DNA of 63,475 bases, filler included, from Hausera hauseri (GCA_046269625.1; 12 parts of 12 records of this genome joined end to end with filler, not necessarily neighbours in it), one strand, 5' to 3'. Positions 26,522-39,274 are shown, numbered from the whole stretch's first letter. Numbers and translations: made by a program. Notes: a model not told the origin generated them from the sequence alone.

Positions 26522-27076
26522 CTAGGAATCGTTATTCGACATTCGATAGGAAATCATTCCGATGTACTGCTGTTGCCACACATTGTTAGTTTCTACAGTG
26601 TTTTCTTTCAAATCCGCTTCGGGAACATTTACAACCTCATCTTGACTGCTACATCGTGGTGGAGGAGGTGGTGATGATGCAAAAGTTATTGAACCTAAAT
26701 CATCATTGTATTCGTCATCGGGGCAATTCAACTGGAGAACTTCGGAACCGTCTTCAACTTTTACCATTCGGTTGAAAGCAACTTTTGAACTCCGGTTACT
26801 CTTGTAATGTTGAGAAGTTTTGAAAATAGTTTCAAACTTTAAATTGGATTTTGCTGAAAACAATTTTGCTACGTTCTTGTTTGTACGACCTGATGTTACA
26901 GTTGTGTTGTCTGATAATTCTGGGTCATTTGAAGTATCACTGCTTCTTGTTGATGTTAAGTCATTTATTAAAGGTAGATGCTGTACATAGGATATTTTAT
27001 TGCTCAAATCTTTCAAATGTTGTAGTTCTGACTTTGTGATGTTTGTTTCGGGATCGGAATTGTTTAATGATGACAT
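26522..27076 (-). CDS. Unassigned Ser/Asn-rich ORF, probably a host gene fragment
   Basis: 184-aa open frame in AT-rich DNA; PPPPPR motif; no recognised domain. Confidence 0.35.
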   Translation of the reverse strand: MSSLNNSDPETNITKSELQHLKDLSNKISYVQHLPLINDLTSTRSSDTSNDPELSDNTTVTSGRTNKNVAKLFSAKSNLKFETIFKTSQHYKSNRSSKVAFNRMVKVEDGSEVLQLNCPDDEYNDDLGSITFASSPPPPPRCSSQDEVVNVPEADLKENTVETNNVWQQQYIGMISYRMSNNDS

Positions 27077-27284
27077 AGAATCTGATTCTCTAACATTAAT
27101 TCTAACAGTACCTTTATTTGTATGACCGTCATGAGTATCATGAGAGGAAGCGTTTATATCGCAGTGTTTTAGCAGCTAACTCCAAAGACTTCGAATTTTA
27201 ATTACTCATGATTCACAAACATTTTCTTTCGACATTCTCTTAGACTTTCGATTTGCCCAATTTGCTGCATTCGGTAACTGTGAT

Positions 27285-27715
27285 CAGGGACAATTGTTTT
27301 GATAGATTCCAAAACAGTATTTTCAGAAGTGCTGACAAATAAGTAAGGCATGATTCATCAAATAATATATTCAGCAGTTTGGTTGGTTCCAAAACCATGT
27401 CGGAATAAATGAGAACGTTCAAAATCGTAATAATTTCCAAATGAATAATGAACGTTGTTTCAATTGGTGGTACTTCAACGTATACCAATATTATGTTTTG
27501 ATGCGCTTACAGAGTATGGAATAGTTATCGTCTAAAATTGACTGACTTTGTTTTTGATATACTATTTGGACAAATGACAAAAATGAAACAGAGAATTGTA
27601 AAATTGTTTTAAGAATATTGAATTTCTTGCTAAATCGAATCACAATCAACATTTTCCTTCAATTCATCTGAACGAATAAGTAAAATTTCATTGAAGTTCA
27701 GGGGATTCTTGATCA
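27285..27715 (-). pseudogene. DYM: Dymeclin-like gene fragment
   Basis: VEVPPIETTFIIHLEIITILNVLI...CLTYLSALLKILFWNLSKQ resembles the recalled dymeclin segment DVPLLDITYEISVEAI...CLPYTSKLVKTLLYNFIRQ. Confidence 0.55.
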
Positions 27716-27731
27716 TTTCTCCCACACAATC

Positions 27732-27838
27732 TTGGTGGGAGATCGGAGCCTGCCTATGTGCCCGACGTACCGGCTGCGGAAAACCCGGCCGTGCTCAACC
27801 AAATGGGCCATAGGGCGCCGGCTGCTGACGGCACCACA
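27732..27838 (-). mobile_element. Short 3' LTR of the contig-5 Gypsy element
   Basis: Polypurine tract GGAGGGGGTGG followed by TGTGGTG; GC-rich ~107 bp ending at a CACCA-like end. Confidence 0.6.
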
Positions 27839-28459
27839 CCACCCCCTCCACCGTGGCAAAGTTAAAACTATAAAGAGTAAAAGGATAGAAAGAAAAAATC
27901 GCAGAACAAAAAGTGTTTGTCAGTTGAGCTTAGTGTGAATAAGACGTTGAATACCTTCGGCTGATTTTTCCCTGCTATGCTTCCTGAATGTGACTCTGCG
28001 TGTTGTGTGTTTATGTAATGTGTTTGTTTGGAGAGATTGAGATTGGAGAAAAAATTGGTAGATTTTTGTAAGGGTGTTGTGTCGTGTGAAGATAAGTCGG
28101 AATAAAGAGAAGAAAATGACGAAGAAGGAAGAGGGATTGGTGAAGACGGATGGTTAAAGGCATTGAAAAGAGTGTTAGAAGACGAAAGAGTGATGAAAGG
28201 TGTAGTAACGGATAAAGGAAGAGAGTAAAGAGTTGAAGTAGAGATTGGAATAGTGTTTAGTGGAAGAGTGGAAGAAAAAGATGATACAGAAGGAGTGATA
28301 GAAATAGAAGTAGAATGTGTAAAAATGAAGGAACAGGACTAGGCGCAGAAAAGAAAGGTGAAAATGATGTAGCAATAAATGTAGGAATACCAGGGAGTGG
28401 AGGAGTGAAAAGGGAGGCTGACGTGCCGGTTGGTAAGGTGTTGTCGACAAAGAATACGG

Positions 28460-30374
28460 GCTTTAAGTTGGTAATGTGTACTGTAAGATGTTTATCATCT
28501 TTGGAGATGATGGCGTTATGCGAGTGTAGCTATATCGGTTGGTAGGGCCCCATGTACCGCGGCTGGAAACCGCAAGGCGCTTAATTCTTTAGCCATACGA
28601 ATTTAGCCGTATACAAATCTTCGGGTAAGTATGTTTTGTCTTTGTGAACTAGCCTGCAGAACGAATCTTTGCTGACCTCGACAAAGTGATTTTGCGCCGC
28701 CCGTATCGTCTCATCCGTGGGAGTGTCGTCTAGAGCGGATAGTTCGAATAATGGTCGGACAACAGCTTCTAATAAGGCTTCAGTAGCTGAGCATCCTGTA
28801 GAAGTGGAAGGAGTGTTCCGCCAGCCGAGCAGAACGAACGGAAGAAAATTCGTTCAACTACTGTTGGACTCTGCGAGAATTCTTAGTGACGTTTTCAATG
28901 TTCGATGGAAACGTTCTAGAAAGTCATTCGATTGGGGTGATAAGGCACAGTACGTATGTAATGGATCCCCAATCGGTTAACAAGGGATTTGAACAAGTTG
29001 GATTCGAACCATGGACTCTGGTCTTTAATGATGAACCGAGGTGATCCCAACGTGCTAATCCATGTACGAATGAAAACGTCAGCTATGGTGTTGATGTTTG
29101 TGCTCCGCAGAGGGGCGGCTTCTGGCCATCGCGAGGAACGGTCCATCATGGTGAGGATGAATTGATGACCGTTGTCTGGAGGAAGAGGGCCAACGATATC
29201 GATATGCACAGGTTCGAAATGCGATGTACAGGGAAAGTGAAATAGTGGTGGCTTTAAGTGCTTAGCTGTTTTGTATTTTTGACAAGCCACACACACTTTA
29301 ACCCATGCTGCACATCAGAACGCATTGATGGCCATATTACTTGTCGATAGTGTAAACGAAAAGTGGCTTTAGCACCGGGATGGTGTAGCGAATGCACGTT
29401 GTGAAAAGCTTGCCTTTGCAATGATGGTGCTAGAATTATTAAGGAATGGCCTGATTTAGAAGTGTCTAAAGCCACGCCGTCAACGACTGTGCAGGACTTA
29501 AAAGAATTAAGCGTGTCCTGAGGTGGCTGGTTCTGTTGAAGTTGATCTTGCGTAAAAATCGGTTAAAAATTAATCGAACTAACCTACTTAGATAAAAAAT
29601 CAGCAACCAAATTGTCAACCCCGTTAATGTGTTTAATATCGAAGTTAAATGTCGAAAAGTATGATATTTGACGTTCTTGGCGTGTGGAAGGGTGTTTCAT
29701 GGCCATGATGTTATGTAAGGGTTTGTGATCGGTTTGTACAGTAAAATGGCGGGCGACAAGTAGGTGGGCGAAATGCTTTAAAGCGAGAACGATGGCCAAT
29801 AGTTCTCGATCGAACGTTGAATATCTGGTTTCAGAAGATATTAGCTTACGAGAGAAAAATTCTAGTGGTTGATTTTCTCTCTTGTAGATCTGGTGGAGTA
29901 CAGCGCCTACTGCCGTGGTTGACGCGTCTGTAGTAAGCATGAGTTCTGCATCAGGCTTGGGGAAAGCTAAAAAATCGACGGTTTTGATTCCTTCACGTAG
30001 CTTGTCAAATTTGTCAACTAATTCAGGTGTCCACTGGATTGGCTGATGCTTTTTGTCGCCGCTTAGGTGTGCGAATATTGATGTCAATTCAAAGCAATAT
30101 GGTACGTATTTATGTACAAAGTGTAGTGTGCCAAGGAAACTGCGCATTTCGGTGGTTGTACGTGGCAACTGGATATTTTTGAGGGCTTCGACTCGGTATG
30201 ATTGTGGAGAATGACCGTCTGGTGTAATAACGTGGCATAAAAGTTAATCCGCTTTTTGAAGAAATGGCATTTGTCGAAATTGACTTGGATATTATGGTGG
30301 TTAAGACGTTGGAATATTGCGTGAAGGTGTTCCTCGTGTTGTTTGGCCGAAGATGAAACGACGAGAATATCATC
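28460..30374 (-). pseudogene. pol: Gypsy pol: RT C-terminus, RNase H and integrase, disrupted
   Basis: LTTDAS, YSTFDRELLA, TDHKPL, HxxxHPG...CxxC, VHIDIVGPLP, GPY module. Confidence 0.95.
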
Positions 30375-30508
30375 NNNNNNNNNNNNNNNNNNNNNNNNNN
30401 NNNNNNNNNNNNNNNNNNTTAATTAATTAANNNNNNNNNNNNNNNNNNNNNNNNNNNNNNNNNNNNNNNNNNNNGAATCCCCATTTTCTCCCTACTTCCA
30501 TAGGAACA

Positions 30509-31257
30509 TTGAAACCCTCGGAATTTCTACAAACCTCAATAACTCAATTGAGTACCCTTGGCATTAATCAAGCAAATAACGCCGATTTACTACTCAGTTA
30601 TTTTCTACAGTCTTTACTAAGACACACACGCGCACTATTGACAATAGTAGAGGACACATCGTCACAACAAAAACTACCACAACTAACTGTCAAAAGCAAC
30701 GAGATTTTACATGCACATACAGCCCCATTAGTAGCCGCTGCGTCACATGCACCAACAACTCAACAAGCTAGCGACATAGCTAATCTGAACTCATATATTC
30801 TTTACGTGCCGAAAACGCCAACATACGGCAAGCAATTTCTGCACTCACGTCAAAAATCGAAGCTTTGACCATGCCTAGACGAAATCGTTTCGATGCGAAC
30901 CATAGCCGCACCTCATCTCAAAATTCAAGGCATGCGAGGTCATCTACACTTTTAATGGTGTGTTACTGCCACACCAAATTCAAAGACAACTCCACTAAAT
31001 GCTGTTTAGGTTGCAGATTTTATGCTCCCCATTTTAAACGACCCTACATTGTTTGTATTTACTATAACAAATTTAATTCTAAAGCATATAATTGCGTTAC
31101 AGGTTGCACTTTCGCTAACCGATCTAATTCACCACAACGTACTCTTTTGAACAACATAAGTCCTGTGCCTCCAAAAAACTCAAAGCCGCCAGATGTTTCG
31201 GCATATTCTGGCACATGCAAACGTTTTCATCATGATAGCCGTACTTATGCAGATTGA
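30509..31257 (+). pseudogene. gag: Gypsy gag with two CHCC-type zinc boxes
   Basis: KPSEFL motif; CYCHTKFKDNSTKCCLGC and CIYYNKFNSKAYNCVTGC. Confidence 0.8.
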
Positions 31258-31259
31258 CA

Positions 31260-34200
31260 CTAAAAACTTCTTTAACTTCCGAATTTAATCAACCAATCAA
31301 CTTCCTCGTTGACTCTGGGGCTGTTGTTTCTTTGTTACCACCATCCAACAAAGTACCATACATCTCACCATCTAACATTAAATTACACAGCTAACGGCCA
31401 AGCCTTACGCATTTTCGGCACGTACAAGGTTTCATTCACTTTACCACCATTCTCGGACATTTTCAATTGAACATACATCGTTGCCGACACACAAACTCCA
31501 ATACTTGGATCTGATTTCTTATCTTTCTACAACCTCCTTGTAGATTGTAGACAACGTCGGATCATCAAAAGCAGTTTAACAAAACCGACCTCTACAAATA
31601 ACCAACCGATCATGCAGCCTACTTCGACTATAAAATCAATATTAAAATCCATCAACCAATGTGAATAAAAGCCTTTGCAAAGCCTCTGTTGAAATCCGAT
31701 TTAAGCGGCCCGTTTTCTACCATTTCTTACACTAAGTCCGATCAAACCACTGCAGTGACAACAACAGCCTTTACTATGCTTAGCCAAGAAATGAAACAAT
31801 ATCTAACCAAATCTGGTTTTCACAATAAAAAAGACCCAGCATTTCGACCGGCTAACACGACGCTTTATCATATCATAGAAAATCCTAGGCCCGTTAGGCA
31901 AAAACTCCGCCCACTTTCACCACGCCGTCGACAGGCAGTCCAAGCGAAATTCTCCACACTCGAGCAAGCTGAAATAATAAAACGATCAAAATCACCGTGG
32001 GCATCACCACCCCACGTTGTCCCGAAAAAAGATGGCACATTCCGTCCATGCGGAGATTATTGCCAACTAAACAACGTCACTACCATGGACGCTTATGCTC
32101 TACCTTTGATTAAGGATATGTTGCATTCTTTACACAAGACTACGATTTATTCAACCATAGATCTCAAAAAAGCCTACCATCAAATACCGGTAGCACCAGA
32201 AGACATCCCCAAAACGGCCATAATAACACCTTTTGGTCTGTTCGAATATGATTCATGCCGTTCGGTTTAAAAAATGCAGCACAAATTTTTCAACGGCACA
32301 TTGATTCAGTTCTTTCGGGTCTGCCACTTGTATATCCGAACATTGATGATATACTAGTCGCATCGGCATCGCCCAAACAAAACGAAGAACATTTCAGACT
32401 AGTTTTCCAACGCTTGCACAACTACAATTTGCAAGTGAACTTTTCTAAGTTCTTTCTTCCAGAAAAAGGTAAATTTCCTTGGCCACGTCATTACACCTGA
32501 CAGTCACAGTCCACAGCCTGATAGAATCAATCAGCTACAAAACATCGAGCTACCAAAAACCACTAGTGATATGCGTAGTTTCCTTGGGACTTTACATTTT
32601 GTCCATAAATACGTCTCACACTGTAGTCAGTTCCTTTCGATCAAATAGGAGTAGGGCCGAAGAAAAGCTCATATATTGGACACCAGAACTTGTTAACCAA
32701 TTCGATGAACTCCGTGACAATCTCAAAATAGTCGAAATTTTAGCCTACCCAAAACCTGATGCTGACCTCATTTTAACAACCGACGTATCAACTACAGCAG
32801 TAGGAGCGGTTCTTTAAATATCTCTAGGCATAAATGAACCGTTAGAATTCTTTTCACACAAGCTGCAGCCACAAAAACGCCGCTATTCTCACTTCGATAG
32901 ATAACTCCTGGCTATTGTTTTAGCTCTGAAACATTTTTCACATTTGCTAATCGCTCGTTCCTTCATCATTCAAACTGACCACAAACCTCTCGTTCAGGTA
33001 ATAAACATGAAACAACCATCACTCCGACAAGAACGCCATATCTCATATCTGTCAACATTTAACTTCAAAATTCGCTATATTTTTGACACAAACAATTTAA
33101 TAGCCGATTTCTTATTAAGATCACTTGGCGCAATTAGCGTCATACCAATATCTTCAAAAGACCAGTTAATCCAAAATCCACCTTCCAATGAAATTCTGAG
33201 ACAATACAAATCCGTGCAAATTATCTATGGAATAGCCATGGATACTTCGACACCTGGACAACATTTGCCAGTTTTGGAACCTCCTCTCCAACAAACTGCA
33301 TTTCAACATGTTCATTCTTTGCATCATCCAGGTTCCAATGCTACATTCCGCCTCCTCAAACGTCATGTAACATGGCCATCGATGAGGTATGATGTACAGA
33401 GCTGGGTTAGGCAATGCGGATCTTGCCCAAAGTTCAAAGTAGCTAAATAACTTAAACCACTATTATTCCATTTCCCATGTACATCCCGCTTTGAGTCAGT
33501 TCACATAGATATCGTTGGCCCATTACTTTTCTATAACGGCCATCAATTCATCTTAACAATTATGGACCGCGCGTCTCGTTGTCCTGAAGCCGTCCCTTTG
33601 CGCTCCATCAATATAGACTCCATTGCTGACGCATTTATAAGGATTTGGATTAGCCGGTTCGGTTCGCCCCGCTATATAATTACACACCAAGGTCCTCAAT
33701 TTGAATCGAACCTATTCAAATCTTTAGTTAATCGGCTGGGCATAAACCACATACACACAACTCCATATAATCCCCAGTCGAATGGCTTATTGGAACGCTT
33801 TCATCGCACTCTCAAGATCTCGTTAAAAATCCTGGCCGAAACTCATAAGAATTGGACAACCATCCTCCCTTTTGTTTTATTCGGGTAGCGCATCCGCTGA
33901 AGCTCTTTTCAATACCACAATTCGCGCACTTTTTGAACTCACCGATTTCGACGACACACCAACTGACGAAACAATTAGGTCTGCACAAAATCACTTTGTT
34001 CAGCTAAGCTAGGATTCTTTCTGTAAATAGTATATGGAGACAAAACATACATACCTGACTCTCTATTTAATGCAAAGTTCGTGTGGATAAAAATCCTTCA
34101 CCTTCCGGATTCCAACCAAACTACTTAGGACCATATAAAGTTCTCAATTTAATTTCACATACGGTTACAATATTCAAACACGACAAAGAACAAAATGTCC

Positions 34201-34268
34201 GCATAACCAACCTAAAACTCACATTTTTCGTCAACGACACGCCTGAATCCTCAGATAAGCCTACGTAA
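31260..34268 (+). pseudogene. pol: Gypsy pol (PR-RT-RH-IN), frameshifted
   Basis: FLVDSGA; SPWASP, RPCGDY, MPFGLKNA, NIDDILV; TDHKPL; PQSNGLLERFHRTLK; GPYKV. Confidence 0.93.
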
Positions 34269-34616
34269 AAATTTCTTGACTCCTTCAATTCTTCTTCCAT
34301 TCTACCTACACGACAACCTGCTACTCCAAAGCCTGCATCAAATCAAAAGACTACGCTAAACGACATACCGAATAATTCTCAAGCTGTTGACACGTCAAAT
34401 CAAAATTTAACATCCTCCCAACTATCTCAGCAAACAATCAAACAAGACATTAAAATACACAAGGCAGTCACTTTCAGCAAATACAGCAGAGAACAAAATA
34501 TCGACAAAATTCAACGTCTTGTCCATACAAAGACTCTATAGATCACCTACACCTCTCTGCCTTGTCTTCTTACTTTCGTTACATTAACACAGTGTCATCT
34601 TCGTAACAGGGGGTAG

Positions 34617-34646
34617 TGTGGTGCTGCGGACTCGGGCAACACCACA
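34617..34646 (+). repeat. 30-bp inverted-repeat element in the 3' LTR position
   Basis: PPT AGGGGGTAG then TGTGGTGCTGC-GGACTCGG-GCAACACCACA. Confidence 0.7.
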
Positions 34647-34664
34647 ATCCACCTCACATGAGAA

Positions 34665-34905
34665 ATGAAGGTTAACAGTGCTACATCCAATTCAACTTCA
34701 AACGTGCCTATTGTCATACCTAAACTGGGATCGAATTTGTCAAGTAAAATGTTAATGATGGGAAATCCGGATTTGGAAGAAGGACCAAATTGTACCACTG
34801 GCGAGAAGGAATTCTTTGATGCTGTCGATGCTCAGTTAGATAAAATGAAACTTGTCGACGAACAAAAGAAAGCATTAAAGTATCTCCATCAAAATCATTC
34901 AACTC
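34665..34905 (+). pseudogene. CERT1: CERT (ceramide transfer protein) middle-region fragment with FFAT motif
   Basis: GNPDLEEGPNCTTGEKEFFDAVDAQLDK matches the recalled CERT segment [26 protein letters not shown]. Confidence 0.75.
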
Positions 34906-36359
34906 TCTTTCATAAAAGCAAAGTTAAATCTTCAATGTTACGGCTCACAACGGCTGTGACTTTTGACGAATATATTTTGTACAGTTTATCTTTGAGATCG
35001 TTCGGACTATACTTTTCAGTTCTTTTCTTCTTATTATTATTATTATCATTGTTAGAGTTGAGATATGGGACGAAACGCGGAGTCTGTCTAATACCAATTA
35101 TTTCCAAGTCATGTTGTACATGAAAACCGTGTTCTCCTTCGTCGAGTTGATTATTTGACCGTTTGATGATTTCTTCGGATTGCATTATTTGTTGAAATCT
35201 AAATAGAAAAATTCTACCGCCTTTATTTGGTAAAAAGAAACAAATTTTAATTTATATAATTTATTTGATTTTTTTGTTGGCGTTCATTTAACTGAACGCC
35301 CTTTTTAAATTAATATACAATTTAAATATCATCAATCGAGTTTCCCCTTCACACCCCTACTAAGATGAGTACTATCCTCCTTTTATTAAAATAAAAACGC
35401 ATGTTATGCCAAAGTACAATGTATTCCTCTAATTATAATTCGCATTGATATTATTTCGCCGCTTATGCATAACGATAACATGATCGACGAAAGATTACCG
35501 ACCGAACATTAGACATATATTTATTAGTTCGAAAGAACACGCAGAAAACGTAATAGATAAAATGGCAATGATAGAAAAAAAGACGACGATTTTTGTAATT
35601 CACAAAATTCTTGTGCAAGTGATGGATATATTGAAGAAGTTTCAAATGGCGTAATATTGGAAAGATGATTGCATGGTTTTAGCTTTGCTAGAATATCTGA
35701 TTTCACATCAAAGTTTGTAATTGCATGACTAATTTTCATAAAAAACCCTGACTAGTAGTAAAAATTTATCCTTCAGAAATGATGACATAATGCTTTGTTA
35801 AAGAATGTCCACATTGAGCTACTATGAAACGGATGTTTTATCATCTCAAGCAAGATAAGAAGGCACAAGGAGGTTAAAGCTGATATATATATCATACTAG
35901 CCGTCCTTGAGCATTAATTTATTTTAAGTAAATGGCCAAAGAATTATTGAAACAAAAATCTCATCACGATTTGCCTTTAGGCTTATAACTACGGAAATGA
36001 AGGAAAATTGAAGGTTGAAATCATGTTAAGAAAATATGAATATTTTGTGCCGAAATATTCGTTTTCGGATAATTTAATCCTAAAATTTGCACCATTTTTT
36101 CATAGTAATACGCACACGTTGAAAGCACTTTGTATAATAGCACATTTAAACAAATTTCATAACCAAAGGAACTGGTATTATATAGATTAAATTTCGCAAT
36201 CTGATACCGCAGTTTTTATAAAAATTTAATTTTCGTATTTACTTAGTAGACGCCAGAATNNNNNNNNNNNNNNNNNNNNNNNNNNNNNNNNNNNNNNNNN
36301 NNNTTAATTAATTAANNNNNNNNNNNNNNNNNNNNNNNNNNNNNNNNNNNNNNNNNNNN

Positions 36360-36790
36360 TCTTTCTGTGTTGGTTGTGCTGAGCGCTCCAATAGGTTAGG
36401 GTATTGCGCTTGCAGCAATGGTGCGATGTCACTGGGTTTGTAATTTTGATATCCGTGACAGCGTTTATGGTTAGAGTGAATGCTGGTGGAGGTAGTGGAT
36501 TGCTCCCGCTGGTGAGTTGTTGATTTTGGCAATCAACTGTGAGATCGTAGTGATCTAGGAAGTCAGAACCAAGGATCGGTTGCATGATATCGGCCAATAT
36601 AAATGACCAAGCGTATGGTCGGCCTTGTATGTGAAATTGTAGGTACAGTGTACATGTGGTTGCTATGCTCGTGCCATTGGCAGCTTCGAGCGATGCATGC
36701 GAGACCAGCGTAGGTCTAGCGTATGCGCTAGGTATCAACGATAAAGCTGCACCAGTGTCCATTAGAAAATCTAGTTGTTTCGAGATGTCG
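36360..36790 (-). pseudogene. pol: Gypsy aspartic protease (start of pol), cut by the contig end
   Basis: DTGAALSLIP...AANG...ILGSDFL. Confidence 0.9.
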
Positions 36791-36908
36791 GAGTGTAGTG
36801 GCTCATCCTCGAGAGTGAAAATTGCATCGACAATGCGTTCGCTATTTGTATACGGCAGTAGTGGTGATTTGGTTTCCAGTCGACGTGCCGTTGGTCATCT
36901 GGGCCCAT

Positions 36909-37800
36909 TTAGTTTTTTGATGGCTTGTGAAATTTGCAGCCGGGTCGACAAATTTTTGCGTCTGGACCGAAATGATTGCGATAAATACAAGTGTCTTGCA
37001 TTTTTATATTTGCAGATGGCTTATCAAATTGACTACCATGGCAACATTTATAGGCGGATTCGCCAAATCTTGTGTGGAAATGGCAAATTTTGAAAAATTT
37101 GCCTTTCTTTCGATTGCGGGATTGGCGCCGAGATTGCGGTTTGTCTGTGGCTGGCGGATTCTTGTGCGTTAGTGCCTGTAGTGCGGCGATAATGGTGTTC
37201 AGCTGATTTTGCTGGGTCGCCGTGAGGGAGTGGATGTTTTCCGTTGGAGCGGATTCTACGGTGCATTTAGTGCACTCATGTATTTTGTCAGCTTTTGATG
37301 CCATATCGTCCAAAGTGGTATCGGGCGGTAATAGCACAAGTACCGCTTGAATTTTGTTGGGAAAACTATTCCGGAAGTAGCGCCGTAGTATGTGCTGGTT
37401 GCTGTGGAGGTCCAATTCAGCATTACTCAAATCTGAGCGTAAGTTTTAAAGCAGAGCAGGTTTCATATTCCTTGTCTGTCGCTTAGTAAAAACCATGTTT
37501 AACTGGTCTTGTTGGGATGGCAGGTTTGATTTTGGCTGATTTGATTTTGTCAAACGGCTTTTCATCTGACAGTAATGTGTCCAGATCCGTTATTGCTGCG
37601 AGCGTTGTTGGCTGAAGGTATTGTATTAGTGTTAAGGCCGTCGGAACCTATGAAGAAGGTTGAACATGCTAATTTGGGAGGTTTGGCTGATACTGATGAT
37701 GCAGTTTCGGCTTTTTTGTCGGGCGTGAGTGTCGACGCCTCCTATTAGTCTGGGAGTAGCGAGCATTGTCGCGCTGTTTGATCCGAAATTGGACTATCCC
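36909..37800 (-). pseudogene. gag: CsRn1-like gag with two CHCC-type boxes
   Basis: LDDMASKADKI; CHFHTRFGESAYKC and CIYRNHFGPDAKICRPGC. Confidence 0.8.
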
Positions 37801-39274
37801 ATGGACGCAAAATTTTCGCGTTGTGAAAAAATGTCCTGATATGAAATGGCGAACTGTTGTAGCATTGCCTTAACAGACGTGTGTCAAGAAACGATATGCT
37901 TTCGTGTTGCGTAATCCGCGTATGAAAAATTGCATTACTTGCGGTTTTGTTGCGTCATCGGAATTGTGCCGATTTGACTGTTGGCGTGTGAAACCTGGCT
38001 TGGATATTCAGGCTTCGACTTTTGTTCAGTACCACTCGTGATTGCCTGAATGATAACCGCACTGAAGATATTGTCAGCAGGTGTTGTGTGATCACGTTTG
38101 GTGATGTGAATGAGTGTAGCCGGAGTGTTTTCGACGGCATTATTCTGAATTTCAGCCTGATTGCTGTCATCTGGTGTGTGCGGTATTTGAGCCGGATTGT
38201 TTTCAACGGCTGAGTTTATCGAAATGCCCGAACCAGTATGTACGGTTCTGTGCCAAAGAGACGTGTGTGCGGTATTCGCTGGCACCATTTTAGAGGTAGG
38301 TGCCTTAAAGCAGGCCTTACCTCTGGCCCACCACATAATAGCAACAAAACAATGAACTAAAAATGACACGCGACAATGAGGAGAAAAAACAGGGTAATGG
38401 CCACAACGTTTATTGTTATCACAATCGTTGGCCGAGTCAATGAGGCGTACGAGGCGTCCGTGGAGGATAATGCCGGGCTGTTTCGGAGACCTCGGCGTAC
38501 ACCGGTCAGAGCGTCGTCCGAGCTTGAATCCGACGGTGCGGGTTTTCTTAGTGCCGGGTCCATACGGCGGCGAAGACGGAATTTTAGCGAATCACCGGGG
38601 CTTAATGTCCTTCTATGCGGCTGTTGATGATTTTGTCGTATCGGGATTAATCGGATCTCCGAGAGCCACGGATTCGTAAAGGCGGTCGAATGCTGCCATC
38701 AGTCTCAAGCACACGGACAGGAAAACCGACGAGTCGAAGAGACGTCGATTTTCCCCGTCCTCGTAGAACCGATGGAGCGTTGCCACCGATAAAGCGTAAG
38801 GGTCGTCTCACTCCAGCTTGACTAAGTGCCGTATGAAACGGCTCCGTTGTAGCAGCTCCCGTACAATCAGAAAGTCCGAGTAGAACCGGTACGGGACTCG
38901 CTTGTCGGTGTTGAGATGTCGTCTGCCGCGTGGGACAGTATTCCGCCAAGCTGTGTTGTCGCTCTTCTGATCGACATTGTTACGGTGAGGCGACACGGCT
39001 GTCGGTGTTGTTTTCCGCTTCGGCGTGTACTGGTCGGAGTACCTTGGTAATGCGGTACCCCGGAATCTATATGGTCTTCCTTTCGCCAAGGGTGGCGTTT
39101 GATTGGAAGGGCTCCATCGGCTGGGATGGCCTTTGTCTTTCCTGACAATTGGTTCGCCGGGTTTCGCTGTTCAGGTCGCGTGCGTCCACATCCCAGCGCT
39201 GTATGTCCGTTTTGCCGTCTGGTCCTTTCCTCGGTTTTTCAGTGCTTGTAGTTTTTATTTCCTCTTTGAACAAA

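Larger units (their letters stand above)
30475..34646 (+). mobile_element. Ty3/Gypsy (CsRn1-like) retrotransposon, 5'-truncated and decayed
   Basis: Domains in the order gag (Cx2Hx9Cx3C boxes), protease FLVDSGA, RT, RNase H, integrase, then PPT and TGTGGTG. Confidence 0.95.
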
